Counted from the stretch's first letter, positions 31,176 through 44,867 are shown. The stretch: 64,000 nucleotides of DNA from Octopus vulgaris (GCA_951406725.2 OX597815.1:89838001-89902000); one strand, 5' to 3'. Program-made: numbers and translations. Notes: generated by a model not told the origin, from the letters alone.

Positions 31176-31500
31176 ATATCCTTTATTGGTCTTAGCGAAA
31201 GGCTGGGGCCATACTGGAGTACCGCCTTTCAGATCGTTTGGGTTTCCTTTCTGCAATGTTTTTGGTGAAGTAAAAGTTTGGACGGAATCACTTTTCTTTG
31301 TGTTTTCTGTCGTGATGTGGGCTCATCTGGTATTTCAGATGGAAATTTGTCCAGAAGCTATTGAAAGACCTCCGCATCTGCACGTCACAAATCTCTAGGA
31401 TGTTTGGCAGCATGTTGAATTGGGTGCATCCTTGAAATAACAAGCTGTTGCAGTATTAGGTCCTTATTCGAGATTTAGATGACGGGAGCTTTGGTATTAT
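31176..31500 (-). mobile_element. CR1-type LINE 3' fragment (second family)
   Basis: Minus IPKLPSSKSRIRT*YCNSLLFQGCTQFNMLPNIL.., then in a shifted frame IPDEP; 3' UTR AAAGGCGGTACTCCAGTATGGCC. Confidence 0.65.
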
Positions 31501-32139
31501 ATGGGTGCATATATATATATGTTTGAATAGAATATATATATAAAAGATGTCGACATAAAAGCACTCAACCTCTACTTCTATTAGTAATAGAATTCATATT
31601 TTCTGATGTGTATCTGATACCATTGTTTTCACGCGCACACGTGTACCATCTTCTCTTATGCCGAAGGGTTGAAATAGAGTATAAACCTGCAGTGTTCATG
31701 CTTTTCTAGTTCGAAGATTCCATTCCAGATAATTCATTAATCGAATGACATTAAACATTTAAAAACATTTAAGAGAGTACTATAAACTTATAAATATAAT
31801 AGTAGTAAATGAAGTATGTGTGTGTGCGCGCATTGAAGTACAATGAAATATATTTAGTTGTGAAAAGACATGAACATGTATATACTCGAAATTATCTATC
31901 TATATATATACATAAACTATATACAGAACATAGTTTGTAAAATTTTAGAGACTACGATAGATAATTGCAAAGGGTTAGGTTACGCATGGAAAAATATATA
32001 TATACATAGAAATGGCTACAACTTCAGGTACCAAATTATGGCCATGGTGGAAAAAAGAACCGCGTCATTTAGTCTTGTATATTAGAATATTCAGTTGATC
32101 GGGGATTGGTGGAATCTTCCAATTTCTTAAAAGATATGC

Positions 32140-32600
32140 TCCTGCATGAACACAACCATGAAAATTTTCTGCTCTTGAGTTTAATGCCGTATCTGCAGCC
32201 CTTGATTTAAATAAATTTCTTCTTATTTTTTCTGACGGGCAGAGATTACATTTGCCTGACCCATTTATATCGCATTTAGATCTCCTTAAAATTTTCTATT
32301 TAACTGAAAATGGAAGGGTCCAAATGTGATTTGCTAGTTTAGTGCATTTCATCTTATCCTTATAACGAAATGTCGCAGTATCATTATTATATCTATTTTT
32401 AAAAGGCCTCTCGCATAGGGCAACACGTTTTCTTATCCTTATCATTAGATGTTGTAGAAAATTTTGCTCCGTATACTATTGATCTTGTTAAACATTACTG
32501 CTGCAGCGGACAGAGCCCCGGTTCTCTACAATTACAGCCGGCTTCGGTTTCTGGTTTACATTTATTTGCAATAATGCTCTTTACATGCGCTCATATGTCC
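32140..32600 (-). mobile_element. Penelope-like GIY-YIG endonuclease fragment (CNCR..CPL type)
   Basis: Minus GCNCREPGLCPLQQ*CLTRSIVYGA..ERPFKNRYNND..TKLANHIWTL..GKCNLCPSEK..LNSRAE. Confidence 0.75.
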
Positions 32601-32639
32601 ATGGGCTCATATGACAGCGCTGACATTTATTAACTAGTC

Positions 32640-34870
32640 GGCTGTAATCGTAAATTTAGAAGCTTGAGAAAAATCTTACATATTTTTATTGTTCCACTCA
32701 CAGCTTGGACTTGTAATGTACGAATCAGCCGGTCAATTTCTCTTTCTGAAAATCCCAGTTTATCCAGATTCTCCTTTAAGTATTTACTAACAAAACCTAG
32801 TGCTCCAATTTTTATTAGTACGAATATGAATTCATAGTCTGGATACAGAAGCTGGAGGTTTCGAAGCAGTTGTCAATAGATATCCTCTTTTTCTTTGATT
32901 TTGGGGCTGCATCATCAAGAAAAGTGTGTTTCTCAAGGAGTTCACTGCCGACTCGTACAATGTTGTTCACTTCACTTTTCAGGACTGCATTAATATATTT
33001 ATTTTTGCTGCTGTTGTTTACCACGTGCTGCCTGAGTGACATCATACGGTATTCGAAGGCCGTCTACACTGATCACAGGCCTCTACTACCTTCATTTCTT
33101 CTTTAGTAGAGCTTGTAAACCTCACTGTTTCTGTGGAAGTTTTTGATATATATGGAGTGGATTTCCTCTGCAGATCAATCAAGTATCCCAAATGTTGGGA
33201 TCAGCACTGGTATTGCAAATGCATTGTGAGATATAGTTTTGTTGTAAGAGCAGAGTTCCGACTGCCATATTTTCCTAAATCTGGTGTAATATTCTCGGGT
33301 CACTCTATCTTTATTCACAGTGCCTTATGATACGTTTTCATCTATGTCTAGGTACTTTAACATTCTTTGTGTGGAATGGGGAAGATAGAGAGACCGTTGA
33401 CGCATAGGTGCATAGGTTTGGGTTTGGGGGAATGTTGTCCTCATTCTATAACCAAATATGAACATTTGTCTTAACCAAATTCCATGCCTATATCAGCTGA
33501 AAATGTTGTTGTTAATTCCAGTTGTATTTTTGCAGTGTTAACACTTTTAGCATAAATATTCAGGTCATCTACAAAGAAATTATGAGTTACATTGATATTT
33601 ATTGCATTAGAAGACCCTAGCATGTTATCATTTGTTTTCTGCTGTAGGAACGATAATGGATTCAATGCCAAAAGAAAGAGAAGTACAGAAAGACTATCTC
33701 CCTGGAATTTTCCTTTGTAATGCCTATACTATTAGAAACAATTATTCTTTTCTCAGCTGTAAGGGTAAGAATAGTTGTATACGTCTTTTTGAGTCTCTCT
33801 ATAACAACATTTAAGGTACTCCAACAGCCATGAATGAGGGATAAAGTCGAATGCCTTTTCATAGTTAAGCCATACTGTCACAACGTTTCTGCGTTGTTTT
33901 CTGACGTCAGACAGTACAGCTTTGTTTATTTAAAGTTGTTCGGCACGTCCCCACGCTCTCTTCTTTCCACCAGCCTGTTCATCAATCACAATGTCGTTCG
34001 ACTCACAATGGTCCTGGATGAATTGGTTGAGGTAACTTGTAAACAGTTTGTACATAATGTTCAGGCAATCAATTGACTTGTAGTTTTCTGCCATCTTGCT
34101 GATTTCGTTTTGGGCAACAAGATTTGTCTTTGCCGTAGCAAGCCAATGTGGTATATCAGTCTGACCGTCCATGGTCCTTTTGAACATACATATCAATTGG
34201 CTTCTATAAATTATCAGCTTCTTGTACCAATATCCAACTACTAGGTCCCTTCCAGGTGCCTTCTCATTCTGCAGTTTGCCTACTGCTATAGCGAAGGTTT
34301 GTGAATCAATTTTGTATGCTTTACTGTTAGTGCTGGTACAGTATTCTCTCTCAGTTCGACTTAACCATGATGCATTCTGGTTAAAATCCCTCTTTTCATT
34401 CCAAATCTACTAGAATGATAGTAGATCTTCTTGAGAAGGAGCTTTCTTAATGGTAATATTTTCTTCCCCATCTCTGTGTAAAATGCTTGTGGGTTGGAAG
34501 TAAAGCTATTTATACTGGCTCGCTACGAAATTAGCTTGCGATAGCAGAGTTTCTCGCTCATCGTCCTGAGTTCATGTTTTAATATGATTAGCTTTCCCTC
34601 AAGAGCTCGATGTGAATAGTTGCCACAAAGCTTCATTAATTTTTGTCTCAGGTAGAGTTGGTGAGGCGTAAACCCATTTTTCTTATTGCATTTTCTTGTT
34701 GTAGTTAACGATCCAATATGATGGCGCACATCTAGGTTGTTTCCGTTTAATAATTTCGTTACTTTGTTCATTGTAGATTTCTCGTAGGCATTCTTTAGGA
34801 GTAATAGTGGCTGTGTGCATAAGAGTGTTAATATTCCAGTTATTAACATCACATGATCTCATATGCTCTC
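32640..34870 (-). mobile_element. R4/Dong-clade retrotransposon, degenerate
   Basis: ENYKSIDCLNIMYKLFT, EQAGGKKRAWG, THNFFVDDLNIYA..FSADIGMEFG and IGALGFVSKYL. Confidence 0.8.
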
Positions 34871-35759
34871 CAGCAACATCGTTGTTTTAATCGCTTTATT
34901 TTATTATGTCATTCAGGGTACTTGAACGCATGTGATACTGTTACATTATCATCGGCAAAATATTATACACACACACACACACAAACACGCATATATATGT
35001 ATGTGTGTGTGTAATATTTTGCCGATGAAACATACTGCTGAAACTTATTTTCATTACAACTCATGTAATTATTCATGGACTATACGTCGATGCGTACCTG
35101 ATTACTTATCAGCAAAACTTCAATAATATACATAAATACCTACGAATATACAAACATGCACGCATACGCGTGCGCCACACACACACACAACACGTATTTT
35201 GTATTATGTATGCATGTATATATGTATGCATGCATGTATGTATATATGTATTCAAGTGAAAAGGAGTTAATGATTACTTAGGTTTGCATAGTTAAATATG
35301 AGTAAATAAACCGTAGGAAAAGTAGATGTTGCGATGTAGCGTTTATCTTGAAGACAGTTTGAGGCAGACTAAATTTTCCAAAGCCTTATACTGATGAGAG
35401 CAGGTACCGCATGCATCGAGGTTCACTTCCACAGTAAAGATAGAGTTGGGAGGAAACGCACATATGAATTCCACTCTAGACCTGCACTGGGCAAGAGAAC
35501 ATGTTTTCTCCCAACGTGGAATATTTGCTTTGTTTCCCGTATAGCCTAAGAGTGGTAGGTAATCTAGCAATAGGAGCATGTCTGAATGTGCCAGGAATGG
35601 CCAGTCAGAAATTTACACTGCAGTAGCACAGAACACCTATCCTTAAATGATGGGATTCTGGAAGTAGCTGAATACTGAAGAAAAACAATATTAACAATGA
35701 CTCTTACGAAGCTCAAAGTTAATTAACCTCTAGATATTCAATGTTACAAGTTAGTTATT

Positions 35760-36170
35760 CCCGATATTGTTTTATCATGTAATATACCAGCAATTGTTCA
35801 ATGGAAGTGTTTTCCTTAAGAGAATCGAAGCCCTTTTGCAATTCATTCTGGATCTCGACAACAGTGTTAAAATGGTGACCTTTGAGTTGCATTTTCATCT
35901 TGGGGGAAGATATGGCAGTCCACAGGTGCTAAATCTGGCGAGCAGGGCGGATGTAGAAGAGATACCATGTTGCACCTTGGTCCATTGTCGTCGTGAAGAA
36001 TCCAGTACTTCCTGCTCCATAGATTCGGTCGTTTTCGCCGAATGTCCTTCCTCACACGCTTCAAAACATCATTGATGGTCCTCCGACAATCAAAATGCTC
36101 CCATTTACGGGGCTGACACTCGTGGCAGGTCTTCCAGTTGGAAGAAGAAAACAACGTGACATTTGACTTT
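35760..36170 (-). mobile_element. Mariner (DD34D) transposase fragment
   Basis: LKRVRKDIRRKRPNLW..WILHDDNGP..LHPPCSPDLAPVD (HDNA and YSPDLAP motifs). Confidence 0.85.
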
Positions 36171-36179
36171 ATCTTAAAT

Positions 36180-36470
36180 ATTTCAGTTGTGCCTCTGAAA
36201 ACCTAATCTAAGTTATTACCTGCTTAGGTTGCGGAAACCACTATATTGGCCAGATACGAATTTCTCTCAGACAAAGAACAACGCTTCACAAAGAACAAAT
36301 TCCAACAATATTGACAGAAACAGGTTAGTGAGCATATAGAATGTGCCAAGAATCTTAAACCAAACTTCTTAATTTTCCCTTTTTATCAACGTTCTCCGAA
36401 CACCGCACTGCATCAAAAACTAAATAAAGAGACAACATTCCTTAATAAATATCAACTACAATTTACGCTC
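36180..36470 (+). mobile_element. Penelope-like GIY-YIG fragment
   Basis: FSCASENLI*VITCLGCGNHYIGQIRISLRQRTTLHKEQI..EHIECAK..FLIFPFYQ. Confidence 0.75.
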
Positions 36471-36652
36471 ACACACACACACACACATCTTCTTTCATAC
36501 AATGAAAGGCTTGCCTTTTAAAATTGTTGCAAGGAACATGTACTTATTTTCTCTTCCCATACTTTTTTTCTTGGAAAAAGCCTGATTGTTAAATATATTT
36601 ACTCTCCTTCATTTACTATAATATCTGATCACCGCTTGTAAATGTAATTATA

Positions 36653-36708
<56 letters not shown>

Positions 36709-37559
36709 ACAGCACAAAGCTATACCATCATATACTGATACACCTACATACAACTAACGGGGATCGAAAGTTATTGCAAAAGCTATTCAGAGAAACAGCT
36801 TGTTAAATTACTTTAACTGAAGAGGAAATTTTTGAAAAATATTTATTTATTTACTAGCAGATTCTTTTGTAGATTTCGTGTGGATTTCCTTTCATTGTTC
36901 TTCTACGAAACAATTTTAAATGATTTTTATTGCAAAATTCTTCTCTTTCCTAGAATTTCCGGTTTTAATTATTCATTCAGAAAGAAAAATAAATTCCCTT
37001 GTGGCCTCGAGGCTTTAATAACTTGTAAATATCTTGAGTGATAACGTCAAATATTATGTGTTTAATGTTTGCTTACAAGCATATTGTAGAACATTGCTGT
37101 GATTTTGTTTTTAAACCAATGCACTTCCGGCAACTGCAACAACAGAACGTGCAGTAAATGGAAACCAAATTATATTTTATTCATGGAATACAAAGGGAAA
37201 TACAAAACCTTGTTAACAAATTCAACGAAAGTTAAAATAAAAATTGTAGCATAATCTGATGCTTGTTTGTGTGAATAAACTCATGCAGATAACGTTGTTG
37301 AGAAAATGCCTTATCTGAATGTGTCATTCTTCTCGTAATAATGCATTCGAAAGAACGCAAAACTATCTAATCATTTTATAGCAATTATTATTTTTATGCT
37401 TTACAATATTTATAATTAATTCTCCTAAGAAGAGAAGCAATATAAAGAATAGAATCAATTTCTAATGAAATATTTAAATTATTTTTAAAAGAAACAAAAC
37501 ATGGTTTGCTCCAATTGATCTAAAAGATCAGAAATTTATTTCCAAATTACTTTACATTA

Positions 37560-38040
37560 CATTTATTCTGTAGCTTGATATATAATTCCGTTTCAGTTCG
37601 GGACATTATCGTAAATGCCCAGGGAATTTTATAGTTGTTTCTACGTAGATAGGTGATCAATTATTGTAGGCTTATGGAAGAGCGCAGTCGATTCAAACTT
37701 ATTTAAAAATAAAGTCACTGTGACTCATATTATGACCATGAGACAGATGCAACTTGTATAAATTGCCTACGTTATAATTTGAAATTCAGAAGATAACAAA
37801 AGAAATGTGTTTTTTTATGACAATCACTTCGTCCTATCTTCTGCTTTCTTAACTTCTCCCGAGTAATGAACTTGATATTGTTTTGCATTAGTACTAGACA
37901 AATCTTTTAGTGTGCAGACGATTAATTTTAACGCCAACTATAACTGATACAACTTCCATCAACAAAGTGTTAATTTAAAAACTTATTAAGGAACTGAATT
38001 AGTCACGTTTAATGACGAATATACATTCGGTTTATGGTAC
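37560..38040 (-). pseudogene. Decayed TIR domain (TLR cytoplasmic end)
   Basis: Minus, correct motif order over ~150 codons: INTLL..KINRLHTK/KD (box2-like), KTISS..EVK/ESRR..VIV/LS*KNTFL, SEFQI..AI..LMVII, LITYLRRNNYKIPW (37660-37619), ELYIKL. Confidence 0.6.
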
Positions 38041-38499
38041 TACATTGCGCATGGCTGCTTATATTAATTTTTATACATAGCGATCTACTAAATGATCCAT
38101 AAATTGTTATGGTAAATATATATATATGCTGAGAGAAGATTGGCCCTGATTCTGTCGAATGAGCGGCCGTTACCGAGGGGACTACTGAAATAGCCGAAAC
38201 TGAAAGTAATTCTCGAGTTGTTGTCTTGGGCGATTTCTGTCTATGTGAGCATGTATGTATACATTTAAATACTTTTACTACAGCATTAGACCACTTTAAC
38301 TCTTATTTCTAGCAATGTAGGTATCTTGATACCGTTAGTCGCGTTTAATGACGATTATACTTTTCCTTTATAGTATCACAGTGTGCTTGACTTTTTTTAT
38401 TAATTAATTTATATATACATATAAAGAAAGGGAGAGAGGAACATTGAAACAACTACTTTCTTACATGTTATATATATACATACAGGATGTCTCAAAATT

Positions 38500-40012
38500 A
38501 ACTATCTGTTTCAATGAAATTGGGCAAGTTTAAAAAGAAATTTGACAACATTATCCATAGTATCCACTTCACAATGGAATACAGCCACAAACAACTACCT
38601 TTCCTGGACATCTTAATCATAAAAAGAGATACTAAAATTGAAACCAACATCTTCTTCAAACCAACGGACTCAAAACAATATCTTCTATTCTCCTCCCGCT
38701 ACCCAAACCATACTAAGATAAATATAACGTTGAACTTAGCAAGAAGAATTTTCACGATTGCATCAAACCCCGAAACCGGAGAAAAGCGACTACAAGAACT
38801 GAAAAAACACATTACTAGATAGAAAAAACGGAATAGAAAGTGCAAAAGTGATAGACATCCAAGAGTTACGGAAAACAAGAATACCCCATGACACAGTTAA
38901 AACTTTATCTTACATATCAACACACAATCCGATTAACAAGGAAGCATACATCATCCACCAAAACATACCCCTATAGAAACACATAAGATTATTAAAAGAG
39001 ACAACAGCAATCCCTAAAATAGTTGCTCACCACCGCCAAATTACCCAATAAAACACACAAGCCATTAGTCAAAAAGTGCAACCGTTCTAACTGCAGAACT
39101 TGCATCTTCCTCTTAGAGGGCTTAACGTACAAATTTAAGTCAGATGAAACTTTTACCACAAAAAATCACTTCACCTGTGCTTCGAAGAACTTAATCTATG
39201 TTTTCAAATGTGGAGGATGTGGTGGAGACTACACAGATTAAACTATTTTAACCTTGAGAGACAGACTAATGGTGCACAAGCAACAAATCTGGAACCCCTA
39301 CCAGTAGGAAAATTCCGTAAACAAACACTTAGACCAATGCTCAGTAAACATAAACCCGAAATACTGAATCTTCCCCCTCTATCAATTCATTGGAAACACT
39401 TCAACCCAACTCCGTTTAAATAAGGAAAACATACTCATCAAAAAAGATAAACCACAACAGAATATCCTTTAGAAAAAAGAAACAGCACAAACAGAAAAAG
39501 GGAAAGAAGACCCAATTTCTCCACGAAAAAACAACCAGGAAAAGCAAACAATTTTATTTTAGTAATAGAGTTCCACCCGGGTTTGGAAACCGCAACTCCA
39601 AATCACCATACAACAACACCATGCAAACACCAGTTGCCGACATCATCTATGTCTAGACCAATGAAATTTTACAAACACCAGTTGCTGACATCACCTAAAC
39701 CTAGACCAATCAAAATGACCCTTTAAGAGAACGACTGGAACGACTGATTACCGTTTCCGAGAGTGAAGAACGACAAACAAGACGTCACCAATCAGATCCA
39801 CTCGCGGAAAAAATTATAAATACACCGGATTCCATAAGACACAGTTACAGGCTAAAGTTCCTACACACGACGGAAAGAGGATCATAGAAACTGTAAACTA
39901 AATCCCATTTTTTACTATCTTCATATTTCCCTTGTTTTTTTCTCTCTTAACTCAGTAGGACTGAAACTTTGATGATAGTTATTTCTTGTCGATTACTACT
40001 AACACTGATGAG
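38500..40012 (+). mobile_element. Penelope-like element 3' half (RT thumb plus GIY-YIG) with 3' tail
   Basis: IHFTMEYSHKQLPFLDILI..FKPTDSKQYLLFSS; KCNRSNCRTC..FTCASKNLIYVFKCGGCGGDYTD..LRDRLMVHKQQI; tail ends near CTGATGAG at ~40005. Confidence 0.87.
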
Positions 40013-40315
40013 CGTTGTACATTCAAACAAATTGATGCACAGTTTTAATATTATTGACTGTTATGAAAATTTAGACATGTCAGCATCGAAATTTTTGGAC
40101 TTTTTCTAATTCATAATTCTAAATGTGTCTTTTAAGAACATCTTAATTTTCAGCATTGAAACTTCTAAAGATGCTTTTTCTAATTCATGATACTAACATT
40201 TTACCATTGATAAACAAAATATATTGTTGAAACTAGTTTGGTATATATGTAAATAAATCTATTTTAAACAATTACAAATTTTTCAAATTTAGGTGCATTT
40301 TCAAAAATAAATTTG

Positions 40316-40394
<79 letters not shown>

Positions 40395-40398
<4 letters not shown>

Positions 40399-41560
40399 TC
40401 CCTCCACCAAAGAAAAAACGAAGAAAAAGCACAGCAAGAAAAAGAAACAACGTGAGGACGTGGTACTTGCAAAGTATTAAAATTCGGTTGGGGAAGGGAA
40501 GAAAAGGTGTTTTACGTTTCGAGGAAATTTACGTTTCAAGCAAAGCTGTTCTTCAGAAATAGGAGACAGGGGAAAGTCCAAGATAAAAGGAAGACAGAGG
40601 AAAAAAATAGCCAACAATCCATAGAACGAAAAAGTTCTCTCTCGACAGGAAAGTGTAAGAGGAGAAGGTATCTGTTTGTGTGTGTGTGGGTATGTGAACG
40701 CACGTCTGTGTGTTTGTGTGTGTGTGATAGCATATGTGTGTTTGTGTGTTCGCATGCATGTGTATTGTGTGTGGTATTAACTGCTTATATGCGTGTGATC
40801 TTTGTGCATGTTAATGTTATAGGAAAAATACACCAACCATGATAACAGAAGTGGTGGTCTCTTGTGTAGGTGTGTGTTTTTGCATATGTGGGAAGATGGG
40901 ATGGTCAGTGGTAGGGTTTTTGAGAGTTACCCTGAACGGTGAGTACGTAACTGAAAAAATACCTGATACAGGATAAAGACAAAAAAATAAATTAGAAATT
41001 AATAAAATTATTAAAAAGAAAGGTAAAAGGAGATAATAAATAGATAAAATAGAATAAAGGAATCAATTACGACGGAAAAGAACGGTAAAACATCGATGAA
41101 AAACGAACAAAAGTTGTAAAAATATAAGTGAATATAAGATAGGATAAAAAGTTATATTTCAAGGAGAGTGTAGAGACGGTCGTTGAGAGGAGAGGGTTCT
41201 GTTGAGTCCGGAAGGAGTTTGTTATTTTAGACTGAAAATGTAACTCTGTTTCAGGCAGAGCCGAGAGTTGATGGATTCGTAGTGTAGAGCGAGGCCGAAG
41301 ACGGGGATATTTGAGGTGGGGTGGTTGGTCAACCGAAAATGACAGGCAACGAGGGTGTTCGTATGTAACCGAACATCTCATAGATGTTTGGTGAACCGGT
41401 CGACCAGCTGGCGGTCCGTCTGACCAACGTAGAGTTTGTCGCAGAGATTACATCTGATGCAATAAATATATTTAAAGAAGTGCAGGAGGAGTTTCTAATG
41501 TGGAGGGTGTACTGGTTGGATCCAGTGAGGGCGGTGGTGTTGGTGATGAAAGGACAGGTG
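40395..41560 (-). mobile_element. Penelope-like element 3' end (GIY-YIG plus pLTR)
   Basis: Minus TCPFITNTT..IYCIRCNLCDKLYVGQTDRQLVDRFTKHL..VACHF..PSGLN; the downstream pLTR carries a hammerhead core. Confidence 0.85.
40510..40560 (-). ncRNA. Minimal type I hammerhead ribozyme-like motif in Penelope pLTR
   Basis: Minus TTT-CTGAAGA-A-CAGC-TTT-GCTT-GAAA-CG-TA-AAT, followed by a second CTC-GAAACGTA-AAA. Confidence 0.6.
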
Positions 41561-41747
41561 TATGCTTATATATATTTTCAATTACACTGCTTTCTCCTTT
41601 ACTTTCTGTTATTTTACAAACCATTAAATTGCCGTTTTGAGGAAGGATTCTTCGCTGTCATTAATTTGTTTAACATAAGAAGGTTGCTGTTATATATGCT
41701 GCTCCATCATGGCCTCAGCTTTAGAGCTGAAACACACACACACACAT

Positions 41748-42614
41748 AAGGTGCGGTGAATAAATTATCGTTCAAATTACACAAAAATAACACTGATATC
41801 TCGGTTTAACAGATCTATTTACCAAAACTACATAAAAATATTTTGAAATATTGATGAGTAAACTTAATCAATAAAATAGCCATGGGGTTTAACCACTACC
41901 TCCAGACGACTTCGAAATCTCCTGCAACTCTTCTGGATGATCTTGTTGAAGTTAGTGAATGCCGCCATAATCATTACCTTCAATCTATCTTTGGTGTTAC
42001 AAGGAGTTTCGTTGTTCTCTCACTCAACTGGCCACACGCATAATAATCAAGGGGGTTGCAGTCTGGAGAGTTAGGTAGCAAGATGTTAGGGGGTAATGTA
42101 TAATGTAGACACAGAAATTGTCTGACAGCCATGACTGGGTTCTCCTACGTGTGTGGTATGATACAGAGTCCTGTTGCCAGGCATAGGTTATTTCAGTGCC
42201 ACCCTCTTGACCCAGAGCAGCACTACTACCTCCAGGCACTTGAAGTCGGCCTTGTTGAGTATGATGCCGTGTTGGACTATGAATGGAGACATAGCGTCGC
42301 CATCTCTAGTGATCACTCCAAACACCAAGATTTTGATTGGATGTTTGAATTTTATCAATCTCGTTACATGTCCTCAGATTGCACTGTCCTCAGATTGACA
42401 CCCAAACACTCTGAAATGTTCGTTTCCGGCGCGAATGCCAAGCAGTACAACATGTCTTCCCGGAATTTTTGGCAAAATGAATTGCGTCATGGTGATGTTT
42501 TTATCACAGATGTTTCCCAACTGACTCTAATATACTGTGTCGTCGACAAAATCAACGGCATGCGCGAAATAAATAAAACATAGATTAGCGTCAATTTACC
42601 CATCGCAACCTGTA
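41748..42614 (-). mobile_element. Tc1/mariner maT-like (DD37D-type) element, internally deleted, with imperfect TIRs
   Basis: Minus VFGVITRDGD..WQQDSVSYHT..TQSWLSDNF..PNSPDCNPLDYY; ends TAAGGTGCGGTGAATAAATT vs reverse complement TACAGGTTGCGATGGGTAAATT. Confidence 0.78.
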
Positions 42615-42715
42615 CAGGTATGTATGTGTTGAGAAATAAATATATATATGTGTGTGTGTGTGTGTGTATGTATGTTTATGTAATTATGTATTTATATGTA
42701 TATGTCTATATATGC

Positions 42716-42766
<51 letters not shown>

Positions 42767-43765
42767 CCATACATATGTGTGTAATTAGACAATTGTGCGT
42801 ATAAACAAATTAGTCACATCAAATATATTAACTGCATCTAATAGGAAAATATGCATATATGTATACATGCAAAACGAGAGAAAGCAAAAGGTGGAAACCT
42901 TCAGGTGATTAATTGTTATGTATATATATACATATATTAATAGGTCCAACTTAAACAGAGTGATATGACAGAGAAAATTAAACGGATGAAGAAAGGTGTT
43001 ATAATCTCAACAGCTGTTTCTGGTGGCTTAGCGATCTATAATAATATTGGTAGATTAAAAATGTCGGTAGTTCTCTGCATTAAGATCTGAAATGTAAGAC
43101 CTTCTCTAGCCTGATGGTGGACGCTCGTCTCATCCAACGTTACTTGCATCCACAATGTCACATATTGTGATGAACTAAATCTACCTATATTATTATGGAG
43201 TACCTAACTCACATAAAGAACTGCTTGACTTATAATACCCTTCTTCTAACCCTTTTCTCTGTTATGTTTACACCGTGTAATTTGGACCTATTAATGTTAA
43301 TATAAATATCTGTATATTTATACATATATCAAACCGGTCAAGTGAATAAACATCTTTAAAATTGCATTTTCAAACCTTCTTTCATAAATATTTCCACTCG
43401 TGCAGTACCTTACAATATTACTTTGTAATATATATATTTGATATATATATATATATATATATATTTGATATATATATATATACAAAGTACGGAGGTTTAG
43501 TTCACAGGTGATCTAAACGATTAGGTACGTAAGGTAAGTGCTGTAACGGATTACTAGGGTTCCGATGTTATAGCCGAGACGGTAGTTACGGAGCCATTGC
43601 AGATTTGAGATGCAGCAGATGTATGATCGTTAAAGAGGACAGCAAAATTTAAGGCAAGGGAGACCTCTCAAGTCGTGTGTGTGTGTGCATGTATATTTAG
43701 TTATATACCCTTTTTCTCTTTTACTCGTTTCAGCCATGCGGTCGTGGTCATGCTAGGGCACCACC

Positions 43766-43817
<52 letters not shown>

Positions 43818-43830
43818 ATAGACATATATT

Positions 43831-43886
<56 letters not shown>

Positions 43887-44360
43887 CGTGTGTGTGTATA
43901 AATACATATATACGTGTGTGTATGTATGTAAGTATATATATATATATATGTGTGTATTTATATATATCCCCATACATATATATAGATATATATGTGTGTG
44001 TGTGTATGTATGTATGTATATATGTATATATACACAGAGAGAGAAAAAGAGGGAGAGAGAAAGAAGGAGAGAGAGAGATGTGTGTGTTGATATATAAATT
44101 TCATTACCATAAATTGAAGCAAAATTTGTTTTCATTCCTTATTCCAAGTATTTCATTTGAAATTTACTATAGTTTTATTACACATCTTCTCTAGAGAATT
44201 AATTATAATTAATGAAAAGAAGAAAATATATAACAATAATATAACATTATAAGGTTTAAATATTTAGCTTTGCGTTGTATCGAATGTATAATTCCAACAA
44301 TTATAGGAACAAAATAGATCCCTACATGCATACATTGATGCATACACATAAGAATTCATG

Positions 44361-44426
<66 letters not shown>

Positions 44427-44519
44427 TGCTACAAAAATATGTTTAAGCATACATGGCTATATGAATGTACATATATACATACCCATACCTATATGTGCTC
44501 ACGTGCAGCCTCAAATATA

Positions 44520-44700
44520 TATTTATTTATGCAGCATAATCTCTCGCTCCTTGTGTGAATTAAATCAAGCAGATAACAATGTTGAGAAAGTGCCTGAACT
44601 GATTTTTTTCATAATTATCGTAATTATGCACACAATGAATGCAGGGTCAAATATCTATGCAATATATGGAAGAGTCATTATTCTTTTTTAGTTCTTGGTT
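44520..44700 (-). pseudogene. LRR fragment
   Basis: Minus IMKKISSGTFSTLL (LRR 'IxxIxxGTFxxL'). Confidence 0.3.
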
Positions 44701-44828
44701 TATTTATAATAAAATCTGATAAGAAGAAATACAATAAAAAATGAAATCCATTTCGATTTAGATGCTTAAATTATTTTAAATAATAAAAGAAAACATCAAA
44801 TTTTATTCCATTTGATCTTAAAGATAAG

Positions 44829-44867
<39 letters not shown>

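Larger units (their letters stand above)
35290..37190 (-). pseudogene. Decayed LRR (TLR-like) gene 5' part, interrupted by PLE and mariner
   Basis: MNKI*FGFHLLHVLLLQL (signal-like, ~37180); QQCSTICL; NHLKLFRRRTMKGNPHEI (~36900); IPGTFRHAPIARLPTTLRLYG..STLGENMFS (~35600-35500); YKALENLVCLKLSS (ORF 35343-35579). Confidence 0.5.

Noticed and set aside
36785-36840. GAAACAGC..CTGAAGAG and isolated CTGATGAG (35391) as hammerheads
   Set aside because: No consistent stems I/II; both fall within LRR-like pseudogene sequence and are probably chance.
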